64,000 nucleotides of DNA. Origin: Massalongia carnosa (Eukaryota). Below the pieces are notes generated by a model. That model made no database searches, was not told the DNA's origin, and was given only the letters and a program-made list of their open reading frames with translations. Below are positions 23,647 to 36,743 of the stretch, one piece after another (position 1 is the first letter of the stretch; the number at the start of each line of letters is the position of its first letter). The position numbers and the translations under genes are program-made. The stretch lies in NCBI GenBank assembly GCA_965645245.1, contig OZ287084.1, positions 124,001-188,000 on the forward strand. Reading direction: 5' to 3'.

Positions 23647-24030
23647 TCAAAAATGTATCGCGGCGAATAATGGCGATGACGATTTCTGGACGAGGCGCAC
23701 CTTCCCAAGCCTTGTGGTATTAATGCCTTTGATTCGCGTTTGCTCTGATTGTCGTGAAGGTGTGCCAATGCAACAGGAAACCAGAGAACTCTTAAGATTG
23801 ATAACGTTGGCATCATTGTCGTTTGGAAAGGTATAAGCTGCCCCTTTGCAAGCGGCGAAGAACGGTGAAGTAGGCCCGTTGGCGATGTTGGGCTGCTTGA
23901 AAAGATCAATGTTGCAGCCAGATACTGGTGTACCCTCAGAAGAACAGGTAATAGGCACGGAATAGCCATCCACATAGCTAACATCGATATCAGGTGGACC
24001 CGTATAGCTGCCTTCGATCTTGCTGCCGTT
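23647..24030 (-). pseudogene. Thaumatin/osmotin-like protein, C-terminal fragment
   Basis: SKIEGSYTGPPDIDVSYVDGYSVPITC...GCNIDLF...FFAACKGAAYTFPNDN matches the DVS.VDG(F/Y) and AY...DD motifs of fungal thaumatin-like proteins. Confidence 0.65.
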
Positions 24031-24645
24031 AAATTAAAATTTGGGCCTACACATGTTCGTCCTGCCTATCTAGTAGGAAATGCATACTGAGTGAAGGTCG
24101 TCTACAGAAAACACTAAGATTGTGTCTGGAATATTGTTGTTGCACCTGCTTTGGCCAGCATGTCGAGCTCAAGCGCCAATTTTGTCTGCCATTACAAGTG
24201 CTTTTGTACACCCTCTTTGACAGTTCGCAGTGAATAGACTAAGATGCCAGATCTGAATTGGCCCCGCAAAGACCGACGTGACTATCTATTTAGGCCAGCA
24301 ATTTATGGTAGCCAAGAACTTATTGCAGGGACCGCAGCTTCGTTCAAGGCGAGAAGCTCAATATATAAGCCCGATGTGCCCTCCAACCCGCCTTTCTCTC
24401 CCTTTCGCTCCTCTTCTCACCGCTGCTGCTGGCGGTCGAGCAACTCCTTCTTCCTCAACCATCGCCTTCAAAAGAGCAACCAGCATCCCACTGAGCACGC
24501 ACTCACTGAAACCCCGTTTAAATTCAGGACAGGACCGATGAATATATTTGATGCCAAATATAGCGCATGAACACTTGACAGCTTATTAGTCATCTGATAT
24601 CTCCAACCCGCCCTTTGACACTCCAGCTTTCAGATCACAGATTCC

Positions 24646-25287
24646 CTAGCATGCTATCTGGACTTTCTTCTTCACGTTATCACTGAATTTCTTGAACTCT
24701 TCCGGGAAATCATTCCGCATCATGGCCATGGAATCGACCCTTTCTTCCAGCAGCGCCGCATTATAAAAACTTCTTTTGGATTGGAACGCCGAACGGACCG
24801 TCAGTCTGGATGAGTAGACACACCTGTAGAGCACGTTTGATATTAGGTTTCGAAGCTTGCTGTCCTCTAACAAGTTAAACCCGAATTCAAGCACAAGATG
24901 CTCCAATTTTGGATGATTTTCAAGAAAGCTTAGTAGCTTAGAAGCATCATCTTCTCCATCCTTAGGATCTACTATGCCAATCAAGAATTTCGCGCGTAAT
25001 ATTGAAGCAGTGTTGTCATTCGTGTCGTCAATACGATGAGCACGAAACACGTTTTCTCCATAAAGAACAGCCGCGGCTTCGTTGTAGAAAACACGGCAGG
25101 TACGTAAGATTGCTGGGAAAAGACAATTCGGGCGAGGGAATGAGTCACTATCTTTAAGCCACACCATGCGTACAGTTTGGTCGGAAAGTAGTAGAAGTCG
25201 ATAAATCTTAAGCCGGAGTTCTGGTGGCAAACGTAAGATTGGAGGCAACAAACTGCCTTGCGAAGACACCGTATTCTCCACAGCCAT
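24646..25287 (-). CDS. F-box-like protein (fungal LPPE.R..IY family)
   Basis: ILRLPPELRLKIYRLLL...AILRTCRVFYNEAAAVLYGENVF. Uninterrupted ORF from the ATG at 25287. Confidence 0.75.
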   Translation of the reverse strand: MAVENTVSSQGSLLPPILRLPPELRLKIYRLLLLSDQTVRMVWLKDSDSFPRPNCLFPAILRTCRVFYNEAAAVLYGENVFRAHRIDDTNDNTASILRAKFLIGIVDPKDGEDDASKLLSFLENHPKLEHLVLEFGFNLLEDSKLRNLISNVLYRCVYSSRLTVRSAFQSKRSFYNAALLEERVDSMAMMRNDFPEEFKKFSDNVKKKVQIAC

Positions 25288-25826
25288 GGTGCGGATGTAG
25301 TTTGAACAGTGGGCAAAGCGCTGCAAAGGAAAGGATCGCTCCAACAGCGGATGCACACTCCGGGAGGCCCTATTATTGTGAGCTGAGAAGGAGGTGAATG
25401 TAGCTATTAAGTACCAACAGAACCCGACTGTAGGGTGGAAATGGTCGGATATGAGTATGAGCCGCCTAGCCCGGCGAAAGTCAGGAAGTGTGCTTTTTTG
25501 CTCCTTGTCTTTAAAGTAGCTTGCAAAGCCCGAATGTTGTTGTCGTTGTTGAGACGCCTACGCTTGCGCAGCAGCCTGTTCAGCGCTTCTCGGCTTAAAG
25601 TTGGGCCAATTGGTTGTCTCGTACAGCGCAGGAATGATAGTTGCCCTTGACAGCCTATTAGTCATCCTAAAGATCGACGCGATTGTGTTTCGCCAACTTC
25701 ATCTCCAACCTTTCCAGCATCCTCGCCATCGACTACAAACCTACGAACATCCTGCAGTCTCGTTTAGCAGCTTGCAATAAGATATAAAGCTCACTATAGT
25801 CTAGGCCTTGCGCCCCCCACCTTGAG

Positions 25827-28258
25827 ATGGCCAACCTATCGCAAAACGATCGCAACATCGTCGCAGAGCATCTTTGGACAAATGTCTGGATCATTTACGA
25901 GATCCACTTCGAAGAGCAGAGCAAAAATACGAGCCGAATTCCCTCTCCCACCACGACGTCGTCAATGGTGCCGATTTGGATCCTCAAAAGGTTATTTCAA
26001 GGTCACTCACAACATTGATGGGCCACGAAGTTGCACTTGATCTTCGGTCAAAGACTGGGAGTGGAGATATAGCTTCTGACCTGTTAGGACTTCGGAGACG
26101 CATCCGAAATGGCAACTTCAACTACGAACACCACCGTGCGCTGTCACGCCTTGTCGTCAAACAAGCCTCCGATGTCGACGTTTGGAACGCCGTCTTCGAC
26201 CTCATCACCACAGTCTCCCGAACAACCCCTCCTACAAGCATTCCCGTTTCCTTCGATGGTACTCCAATCACGAGTTCATCCGCCTCGCAGCAAGGCGGTG
26301 AGCAAACTCAGAAACTGGTGGAAGGAAGGATCTTCGAAGAGGTAAGGGGATGTACACATCAGAACGTTGAGGGTTTCTTCTCAAAATATTTCGAGGGAAA
26401 GCCTTGGACCGAGCGTACTAAAGAGATCTATAAGGCCGTGCAAGAAAGACATGCGGACGGACGGTGGACAGATTTCCCTCAGTCACTAGTACAAAATGCT
26501 GTCTGTGAATGGTGGTTTCATTTTCAAGATGAGTTCCTATCGAATGAGCGGGGTGTTTATTACACGAGCAACACCAAAGATCTTACGGGCTCCGAAGCTA
26601 AACGCCAAATTGACCTGTTCGTCAAGCCCAACAACGAAAAGCTGTGGAAGGTAGTACATGATTGGAAGGACGTTGAAGTGATTGGGGAACTCAAAGAGTC
26701 CAACAAGGACAAGAAAGCGACACTGCTTCAAATCGCTAGATACGTCCGCGATGTGTTCTCCTGTCAGCCGACTCGCCGATACGTGCACGCTTTTACTCTC
26801 TGTGGGAACGATATGCAGGCGTGGGTGTTTGATCGCTCTGCTCCTTACAGCTCAACTGCTTTCGATATCCATGAGGAGCCAGAGCGTTTTATCCGTACGA
26901 TTGCAGCGTATGTGATGATGAGCGACGAAGAGTTGGGTCTTGACACTTTCATCGAGCGAGATGATGGCGATTAACTCATCACCGTCGTGGAAGATGCAAC
27001 GGGCAAGGAGAGAAGACTGCAGTTGGAACCGGTTCCCATCGCCCATCAACGGGCGATTGTATGTCGCTGTACATCCTGCTTTCGTGCCAGAACTCCTAGC
27101 TCCAAGGATTTGCAATATGTCGCTAAATTTTCTTGGGTCTCCGACAAGCGACGACCGGAAGCCGATCTCCTTAGGTCAGCACGCGAAAGAGGAGTGGAGG
27201 GGGTTGCTAAGCTATTCGGTCACCATCGCATCACCAGTATTGCGGACATGCGCGAGGGGTTGACGTATGGGAAGCCGTACGCTTTTCAGAATACTACCTT
27301 GAGTCCTTCGTCCTCCTTTTCGCAGTCTCAGTCTCCCCTCTCTCAATCATTTGGCCCGCTTTACAGCCTGAGCACCGCTAGAGATTCGTCGAAGAAACGA
27401 AAGTCTGTCGACGCTGGAGGGAGCCCATCCAAAAGATCAAGGTCCAACAGCCAGAGCCCTGACAAAGCCAAGCGGGAGAATGAGGTGACTGATACTGTTG
27501 AAGACAGCCAGACGACGAGTCTCTATGCCTGTGATGAGAGCTTGTTCGACAATCGCATATTTCGCTGCTTAGTGATCTCGCCAGCCGGTCGGGCGATCCG
27601 TGATTTTCGGTCAATCTCAGAGCTGCTGGAGGCCCTCCGCGATGCAATCAAGGCACACAGGTCTCTGTATACAGCTGGAAAGATATTGCACAGGGGTATC
27701 TCGGAGAACAACATTATAATAACAGATCCAAAGGAAGCTGATGGCTTTACGGGCATGTTAATCGATGTAGACCTTGCCAAGGAGGTTGGAACTGGACCAA
27801 GCGGCGCACGACATCGAACGGGCAAAATGGAGTTTATGGCAATTGAGGTACTACTCGGGTTTTCTCATACCTACCGACACGACCTCGAATCCTTTTTCTA
27901 CATCCTTCTCTGGATCTGCGCTCGTCGTGGGTGGAGATTCTCCGGCAATCCGAAGGGCCAGCCCACAACAAGCACGCTGACGAAGTGGTACCTTGGTAGT
28001 TACGATGATATCGCGAATGCTAAGCTTGCGCATATGAACAAGGGTGAGAACAAGGGGTTTGCGTTCATCATGAGAGAATTTCCGCCACTATTCGACAGTA
28101 TCAAACCATTGTGTAAAGCGGTACGGGATATTTTATTTCCTTACAAGGATGGAGAGCTATTCACCGGAACCCCGCAGGATCCAGAGGTCTTGTATGGGCC
28201 CATTCTCAATGCATTTGATAAAGCTATAGGTGGTATAACTAGTGCAGTAGGGCATTAG
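25827..28258 (+). pseudogene. Fungal-type protein kinase (FunK1 / Pkinase_fungal)
   Basis: IGELK, VFDRS, ELGLDTFI, VAKFSW, ILHRGISENN, LIDVDLA, RTGKMEFMAIEVL, HTYRHDLESFFY. Frameshift near 25872, in-frame TAA at 26972-26974, and HRG in place of catalytic HRD. Confidence 0.92.
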
Positions 28259-29794
28259 GAATAGGTTAGGATTTTGTTTTGCTCATGTTACCAGATATTA
28301 TGTATATGTGCATGGCATTACAGTAGACGGAAACCGTACAACCTGCTTGCTGATGAGTCCCTCTCGTGTTTCGTTCTGCTTCAAAATGGTCGGTACGGCA
28401 AGATAGCCATCTTTGGAGGGAAACAACGAACACTGAGCTTTTAGCTTAATCGAGGTTCTATAACGGCATCGCAGCCTGCAGCAATTCCAACTTCTAAGCT
28501 TATCTACTGAATCACATGATGACAATCTTGATGAGGACAAGGAAAGATTGAGCGACATCCGTGAAGAATCTAATTTCGAAGTATATTGGGGCAAAAGAGC
28601 GGATCTTTCGCCAATCAGCCATATGTTAAAGGTAACTCGCTTGCTTCTATAAATAGATCTGGTACTTTAGGCGTGGGCCACGTTTGAAGGTGAGTACAAG
28701 GTACAAGAGAAGAGTGGTTTAGCACCAGCTGTCATAGGCCACGTGACGTGAGCCCCACTGAGGTACCTAACTGCCACGGCCGCAATTTCGTCTCGTGTTG
28801 TTGGTGCCTCAATAATTTAAAAGGCGCAAAATAACTCCTGCTGCAATTACGACATTTCTGTAGCTTTGCGCATATCTTCTGGCTTCCCCATCCAATCCCT
28901 CTGGTGCATTTCAAGTGACCAGCAACTACAAAGGTGCTCAGAATGTAATTCTTTCGTCCGCCAGGCCGTTCATAAGAATCTGTAGCTGACATTTACCATA
29001 GCTTTACGCGAATTCCCTATCACCTTACTTTGCCCTCCCCGAGATCGTCACCACCTCCTTCGTCGACGAAGCATCATAGACCATCAAACTTTTTGAGCAG
29101 AGATCAAGATTGCAAGCCGTTTGGGAGACAGGAGCGCTCTTCCTCACCTTTCACCGGAAAGTCTATGCTCTAGGTGGTACATCCACGTATACGACCATTC
29201 CAATCCATAATCCGGTTTTGTGTCTGCTCAATAGCTACACTCACTTCCCTCGGTGAGCTCGCGATTTCCTGTTGGTCTTCGATTGGAAAGCCGAACGATC
29301 TACCTGTCTACGCCATCAACGCCCGCAAACAAGCTACCCGTGTCATCCACCGGGCATACTGGGATACTGAAGACGGGTTGGCATACAACTTGCACTACCG
29401 ACTATTCTGTTTGGCCAACACCTGGTGAGGAACTATTTAGCGCATGGAGGGGTTCCATTGACAAGTGATAGATCCGCGGTACTGAGATATTACAAAAAAT
29501 TTGCCAATCATTGATCATGCCCGGTCAGGCGCGTCAGGTTATTTCGACACCTTTAATAAATACATGAAGCTAACCCGGATTTTCATATTCAGCTTGGGGA
29601 TGCAGCACTTGAAGGGAAAGAGGAATATCTACCAAGTCACCTATTCGATGCGGTAGATCACGACAGATGGATAACAGGCAAAGGGACGTTGATCATGGTC
29701 TTTGATCCCGAGGCAGCACAAAACACTACCCCATTTTGGGAACACGAAAAACCAACCGAAGAAGGGAAGAGTCGTGTTCCCAAGGGGTACAAGG

Positions 29795-30710
29795 TTAAAG
29801 TGATAGATGGCTCGGTAAAGATGACCAAGTCGGCTGCAGGTTGAATACGGTACACATGCGAAACCCGGTTTCCTGCCCGACCCACAAGGTTATAGAGATG
29901 TCTTGGTTTTGGTCCTTGGGGATCATTGTGGTCAAGCAATCTGTTGTCGGTTCTCCTAACCTCCTTTCCATTTCCCAATGATGACTAGTCTGAACTGCAT
30001 CAGAGAGCAGGTCGCCCAAGAGTGGTATCTGACTGGTCTGTGCTTTCGAGAACATGTACTGAATTGCTGAAGTAGATATCATTAGCACTATGTTATGTAA
30101 TGAATGCTGATATTTACTTACGCTTACTTGTCTGCTCCGTCGGCCCTTATTGAGCCTTCGATCGTCCTTGCTCATTGTGTAGGGAGTATATACCGTACTC
30201 TGTTGCAAGCCGCCCAAGGATAAGTGAAACGTATGATAACCTCTTCGTCTTCACATGGTCGAGAAGGGCAATCCTCTCCTCCGTCTTCAAGCTGCTTACT
30301 TTCGGTTTACCGAGGCATGCAGCGCACAGGAAGACTAGCTCGGGACTACAGTGACGTAGAACGTCATGTAAAAATGTCTCATAGACCTTGAAGGAGCGAC
30401 TCGTTTGCGGCGTTGTCAAGATCTTCATAGCAGTCTTAACATGCTCAGCAGCTTTGTCGTCTAGACGCTCCAGTACTTTGATTTTATCGAAATCCTTTCG
30501 AAGGCCATCGCAATATCCATCGATTTCCTTGGAGTGATTAGACGCCGTAGGGAGCTGTCGCCTCTCTATCTCAGCTTAAAGTGAGACCACTGTATTGTGA
30601 GATTTTTGGAGCAGAGTCTCCAACTCCGCATCCGTAACACCTTCAAACCCGTCGCCCGATAGAAGATTGGCCCTTTCCTTGGTATGCAGAGTGACACAAG
30701 GAGTTTCCAT
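29795..30710 (-). pseudogene. Hypothetical protein pseudogene
   Basis: The frame from the ATG at 30710 (METPCVTLH...) runs through two TAA stops and a GTAAGC intron into the 29795 ORF. Family not recognised. Confidence 0.4.
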
Positions 30711-31435
30711 GGTAAGACAAGAGATGTTTGGGTCGTAATTGGATATGGCTTGAGCTTAGGGAAGTTTGGAAATTTCTTGGAATTGTTTGGAAATTCTCGG
30801 AACCAGGTAGCGTAAATACTTATGTAAGCGATAACCCGATCGCCCCCACATTATCTTATATAATCAATGACGCAAGTTTCTCTCTTGGCAGAATGTTAAA
30901 GGAAAATTGAAAGATTTGAAGAATTTTCAAGAAATCTTAAAAGTAACGAAAAGCCTTGACTCACCGCTCCAATCAAGTCTCGCACGAAATTTTTTTGGTT
31001 CCTAAACCCCCTCACCCCACTGTCAACTCAACGCAGATGAGCAAGGCCAGCCTCCACGCTTATGCATGTACGAGCCGTCGTTGATAATCTCTAAGGGAAT
31101 GGAATCGATGGAGGAACTATACGATTCGTCTTAGTCCGCGCATTCACGCATGAAATGCTATCCTCGCCGGGCTATTCAATGCTAGAAAAAGAAAGGTCTA
31201 TGCAGAGAATACGTCTGAGGCGCGTAAAAAGAGACGGAGTCGATCGACCTCTTGGAAGATATATATCGGTTCCTCCGCTCAGTTCGAATCTCGTACTTTA
31301 CCTCATCAGTATTACAGTCCAGATCGAAGGCCTTTACCCAGCTTTTCTCACGAGAATACATCTCATCTGTCTCAACCACCCATGTCATTCGCTTCATAGA
31401 TCTTTGTCCTTCGGTATTGCTCCATCACGAAGACA

Positions 31436-33909
31436 ATGGCGCCAACAGAAATTGCTCCGAAGCCATCTGTCTCTCCGCAGCCACCAACTACACTATCCAG
31501 GAGCCCTACATTCCCACCTTTCCCACAGTCCATTGCGGTCGACGATCTCAAGAGATTGGTGGTAGGGTTTATCAAGGAAGCCCAAAAAGCGGAATCCACA
31601 GATAAAGTCCAGGCCTTAGCCTCCGTAGCTGAGAAGCATGTCCCTCCTGCGGGATCGGGAGCTCGCGCTTCAAGGCTGGAGTATAAGACTGTTGACGAAC
31701 AGTATTTCCCCTCACTTTAGGCTTATGTGGTCGAGCTAATTACAATGCAGCTGGAATGATAAGCCAAGTCGGTACGAGACTGTGGAGTCCACACCTGCAG
31801 GAGAAATGGACGGGCTGGACGAGTATGTCTTTGTCGCTCGCGCACGGATCGGTAAGTATATTGATATGGGTAAGGAGCTTGATCGCTGAGAGACATTAGA
31901 TAAAAAGACTTCGGATCCGGTGTTCTATATTGACATCAAGTCGGAAAAATTGTGAGACATTCTGAGAACAGTCCTACACGATATCCATGGCGTCTCCACG
32001 AGGGAGGACAAACCCCAGGTATGGCTTTCTGTACTTTTGCATAAATCTCTGACTTACACTCACCTAGATCGAACGAAATCTCCTCTACCAGTACCTTCCG
32101 GAATTGGAAGCGTACCGGACCAAATTGAGCGACGACGTCGGTCAAGAGGCTGCGGAGCTGAAGCACCTTAGCCTACTGGCAGACCTCATCAAGAGTAAAT
32201 ACGCCTCAACGATGGCTCATCTGATTCCGCTTCTCGAAAATGGAGAAGTCACATACGAACTGCTTTGGGCTCTCTTTAAACCGAACACGATCGTATGTAC
32301 CACATGTCTCGACACGGAGAAATCCTTATGCTTTCGATTTGACATAGGCGAAGAAAAGACGACGGCGACCGGCATCACATATTTCCACATGGAGTGCCGA
32401 TATCTCGATTCCGACGGAGCTGTCTTTGGCGAAGTCTCGGCGGCACTAGGTATTGCGAATTTTGCCGGTGTCAAGCGGATCGTCACCCTCGCCGCATTCC
32501 CCTTGCGTACCATCCGCGCAGAAACGAGATGAGGGCTAGTCTCGTAGAACGGGGGCGGCGGTTCGTTTCCTTGTTGGGCGTGCACCACCTTCAGTACTAC
32601 GGAAACGCCTTTTTTGTGGAAAAAGGGGAGGTGGTTGAGGTTCCTGTCAAGGGTCGAATCATGGTCGATGCTGCCTTCTTCCGTGAGAATAACCCTAACT
32701 ATGTCCGACCACGTATCAGCGGATTGACCGGGAAAAAATCGTTGGATGACGGATGGTTCACTCTTGTGCCTGAAAATGAGGTCAAGAGCAATGGCAGGGA
32801 GCCAAGCAAGATGAAAGAGGATGATTTGCTCCTTTGCAGCCCAACCGTGCGCGGGTGAAGCTTTGGCAATAAATTATGGCGTGAGTTTTTCCTCTCACTG
32901 GACGATGACAGGATAAGATAATAAGCTAACGACCTTCGAAGTTGAGTTTGCGGTGGATGACATCTCCAACATCGTTTGGAACCCATCGTCTTTTGCCAAT
33001 CTCGCGATTCCCTCCCAGAAAAAGCAGCTTGTCCTAGCCCTCGCTAAGGCTCATCTCGGCGAAACATCCGACCATACGTTTGATGACTTCGTGGTGGGAA
33101 AGGGACGGGGCCTGATCATGCTCTTACAGTAATGTGTACAACGTCTGATTGGAAATTCTTGCGCTAATATCCGGTTCAGTGGCCCTCCTGGGGTTGGTAA
33201 GACTTTGACCGCCGAGGGACTGTCGGAGCATCTGAAACGGCCACTCTACGCGGTATGTGCTCGTCCCGTTCAATGCTGTTGGGCATTCTGACCATCCAGG
33301 TTTCTGCCGGAGAGCTGGGTCATGAACCGAAGAAGCTGGAGGATCAGTTGTCCCATATCTCTCAACTTGCGTATCACTGGAAAGCCCTGGTGCTTATGGA
33401 TAAAGCGGATGTCTTTGTGCAGGCGCGCTCGATCGACAGTCATCAGAACGCTCGCGTCTCGGTCTTCCTTCGCAAGCTCGAGTACAATCAAGGGATCATG
33501 TTTCTCTTCGATGATGCAATCCAGAGCAGGATCACTCTGGCGGTGAGGTACGAACCGCTGAGTCTCGCCACAAGAAAGCAGGTCTGGGCTAGCTTTTTGA
33601 AGAAGGCCGTAACAGCCAACGGAGCGGCAAAATATAATCCCGAAGATCTCGACGCGTTGGCGAGGAAGGATCTCAATGGTCGGCAGGTTAGAGCTCCAGG
33701 ATCCAGTCGAATCCCGTCAAATCTGTTAATACTGACCGAATCGTTCATCGTAGATCAAAAACATAGTCGCCGCGGCCCATGCGTTAGCTGTGTATCACAA
33801 CACCAAGGTGTCTATGTCTCATTTAGAATTGGTCGCTAGTTTGAGCGAAGAATTTGAATCTGATTTCAGTGGTGCTGGCCAAGCTTCCAACAAGAACTCT
33901 TACCTTTAG
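31436..33909 (+). pseudogene. Fungal AAA+ ATPase (intron-rich family with LWALFKPN and GRIMVD N-domain)
   Basis: GKGRGLIMLL, Walker A GPPGVGKTLTAE, SAGELG, Walker B mutated to LMDKADVF, FLRKLEY, LNGRQIKN. Stops and frameshifts present; ends with TAG at 33909. Confidence 0.9.
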
Positions 33910-34763
33910 CTCTTATTATCGTAAATATCAAAGTTGCAGCTAGATATGATATGCTTCACATCGAATAGCAATCTACCTCTCCAAACACTATTTCCGTCTC
34001 TGCTTGAGTTGACAAGTCTCTCAAGTATCTAGCTTTACTTCTCCTCTTCCTTACATTAAGGGTAGAAATGAGGACTCGTTGGATCCAATACCAATTACCT
34101 TGAGTCTTAGGAGAGATCCCCCAAGCCCATTCTCCTAGGAAATCCAACATCAGGGTGGACCCGCTGAATTCAACACCTGGCTTCTCCCTAACTACCCTAA
34201 GCCTTAGGAGAGATCTCCGAAGCCTAGTCTCCTAGGATGTCCAGACCCCGTCTGGATTACTGGCTCCCTAAATCCACTTCTGGCATGCACCTGGACGTAT
34301 CCAAAAGTAACTCGTAGTTAAGTATCTAGAATTGGATGGGGGACTATATCTAGGACTAGATGGCATGTTACATCTAGAATTAAAGCTAGGAACATCCAGC
34401 CAGAGATTCAGAGCCGCGTTGATATTCTTCCCTACTTTCTTTTAAGACTCATCGTGCTCGGCTCAAGTTAAGGATAATCTCCTACGATCATTTGCACTTT
34501 GTTATACACCAGGAGACATGTAGCATGTCTTACGCAGCAAAAGCAAAGACCCAACCCTCCTTTAAACTTCTAGAATACTGTAGGACTAATTGGTACCATC
34601 ATTGCCAAACTTTTCCCTTGGAGGACACCAAGAGATCATTGCCAAGTGGCCGCGGGATCGCAGACGGTGAGTCAGTGACGGTATATCCTTCTCTAAAACC
34701 AGGAGTAGAAGTGATGTTAAAAAATTCAAAACAAACCAGTATCTTCGACTTAAACATCTATGC

Positions 34764-35345
34764 TTACTGCCCTTTATCCCCTCTGCCCTGTCTGCGTCCG
34801 CGCTGCGCTCGGCTCTTGCCCTCAAAGTCCCGCAACAACGCCTGCGCATTTCCTAATGCGGTTTTCGGCAGCCAGGTACTCCTCCATCGTACTCTGTATT
34901 CATAGCTCTTTCCAATCCGTCTCTTACCAAGTATCCTGACAATTTCCCACTCTTCACCTTCATGCAACGTTGGATATGGCTGACCCTGAGACAGCTCCAG
35001 ACACGGGGTGTTGGCAATAATACCAAGGGAACCGGTATTGAGCCTCGTGGTTTGATATTCATCGTCCAAGTCTGCTTGTGGCGGCGCTTGGGATTCTGAG
35101 AGGAAAGGGGACGAAAGGTGGCGGCGTTTGATAAGACGCTTCACGTGAGTCTGCTCTCCTGCGGTCGACAAAGGCCGCTTTATTGTAGAGTATGGTAAAG
35201 GTGGAGTATTCCGTTCTCTGTCACCACCGAATTCCTCCTCTTCATCCGCCATCTCTGCCTCGTCAGCTTGCTGATATTTTTCGTCATCATCGGCTGACGG
35301 ATCAGGTGTGAGGCTCTTATGATTTCCACCTTCGGACTTGCACAT
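34764..35345 (-). CDS. Chromodomain-containing protein, last exon (upstream acidic exons reach about 35850)
   Basis: EEWEIVRILGKRRIGKSYEYRVRWRSTWLPKTALGNAQALLRDFE. Confidence 0.8.
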   Translation of the reverse strand: MCKSEGGNHKSLTPDPSADDDEKYQQADEAEMADEEEEFGGDRERNTPPLPYSTIKRPLSTAGEQTHVKRLIKRRHLSSPFLSESQAPPQADLDDEYQTTRLNTGSLGIIANTPCLELSQGQPYPTLHEGEEWEIVRILGKRRIGKSYEYRVRWRSTWLPKTALGNAQALLRDFEGKSRAQRGRRQGRGDKGQ

Positions 35346-36287
35346 CGGTTTATTGTACTTCGAGGAGATGATATTGCAGTGCAGTGGAGGCAGCTCTGAG
35401 GTAGAATGTTTGTTCTTCTTGCAGAGGCTAGGAATTCTAAATCAATAAAAGTTCGTTAGCATTGAAGTTAATGAAATAGAAGTGTGGGGTCACACCCAGA
35501 CTCTGAGCCTGTTACAGACGTCGACGGAGTACTGAGCGGCCCCCGGTTCCCATCCTGCTCCTCTGAAGTATCATTGCCGCTGCTATCGGTGTCCTCGTCC
35601 TGAATCATAATCGAGTCACCTGAAAAATGTTAGATGACCATTTAATTCTTGAATCTGAAGTCCGCATTCAATACTTACCTGAACTACCAGGTTCATTCAA
35701 AGTCGAGCTTGCGTGAGTGTCCCTGTCTTGAGGTCCCCAGCTAGGAGGATACCTGAATTTGGACGACGGCAGCTTTCGTAAAGCATCAAACTCAATGTCG
35801 TCATCGTCGACATCGGGGGTTTTGATTGAATTATCTAGGAGTCATCAGGCAAGTCCATAGCAGCTGGAATCGCCCATACTAACCTAGACTTGCAACCTCT
35901 CGCTGAACATTTTGGGTGTTGCCATCTAGACAATCATCACCCGCTACAGTTGATTCCTCTGTCAGCTGTCAGCATCGTTTTCGGCAACATGTGGGGCGGA
36001 TGTACATGTACCCACCCTTATTTTCACCTTTGCTCGATCTGGGACCGGCAGCGCTATTGTGATCATCCTTCGCGACATGTTTGAAGTTGCCTTCAGATCT
36101 TCCTATCATACAGTCCCATGTCAAAAGTTTCCGACTCTACCCGTGATTTCGCGTTTCAACCCCTCCAACCCATCAACTTTGACCTCATCATTTCACCATG
36201 CCACACACTCCGTTAGCCTCAATTTCTAGTAATAAGCCTCGTAATACCGAATTGAATCAATGTCAAAGAGGAATGATTATTGGAGCC

Positions 36288-36609
36288 TGTTGGAACTGTG
36301 ACTGCAACAGGCGGAATGGTAGCACTGGGTAATTGATATGACTAGTTCGACAAACGAGTTCTTGCACATGCAAAACAAACTGGGAGAAACGATTGACTTT
36401 CTACCACTACGTAGGGTAAAACTGCTCCTATTTATGCCCGTCCACCAGCGATTCCAGACGCTTCCATTTCCATCTCATCGGTTCCCGCTTCCGATGCGAT
36501 TTCTGACTTCATACAAATTTGCCACCGCCACAAGCCTTTCCTTGCCGAGGTAGATGCAAATTGCTTTGTCAGCTGGTTTCGGTACTTGGCATCGGTTGCC
36601 GTTTTAACA
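36288..36609 (-). repeat. Copia B 3' LTR (left edge approximate)
   Basis: TGTT follows the PPT on the minus strand. A candidate AACA end lies at 36288. No partner LTR to confirm. Confidence 0.65.
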
Positions 36610-36743
36610 CTCCCACTCCGAAAGTAGCTGATGGACTCCCTTTTAACTAAAAAGAAAGTGGTGACAAATGAAACCTCCATTGTGCATGTCCATTGGTCCT
36701 TTTATCCAATGAGACGGGGTAGCTGAAAAGCTAGCCTACCTTC

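Noticed and set aside
26972..26987. Two-gene kinase system or stop-codon readthrough
   Set aside because: Both ORFs are in the same frame, the TAA is one step from CAA, and other lesions (5' frameshift, HRG) indicate a pseudogene.
34156..34172. GACCCGCTGAATT, resembling the 5' end of LSU rRNA
   Set aside because: The match is only about 13 nt and the flanks show no rRNA similarity.
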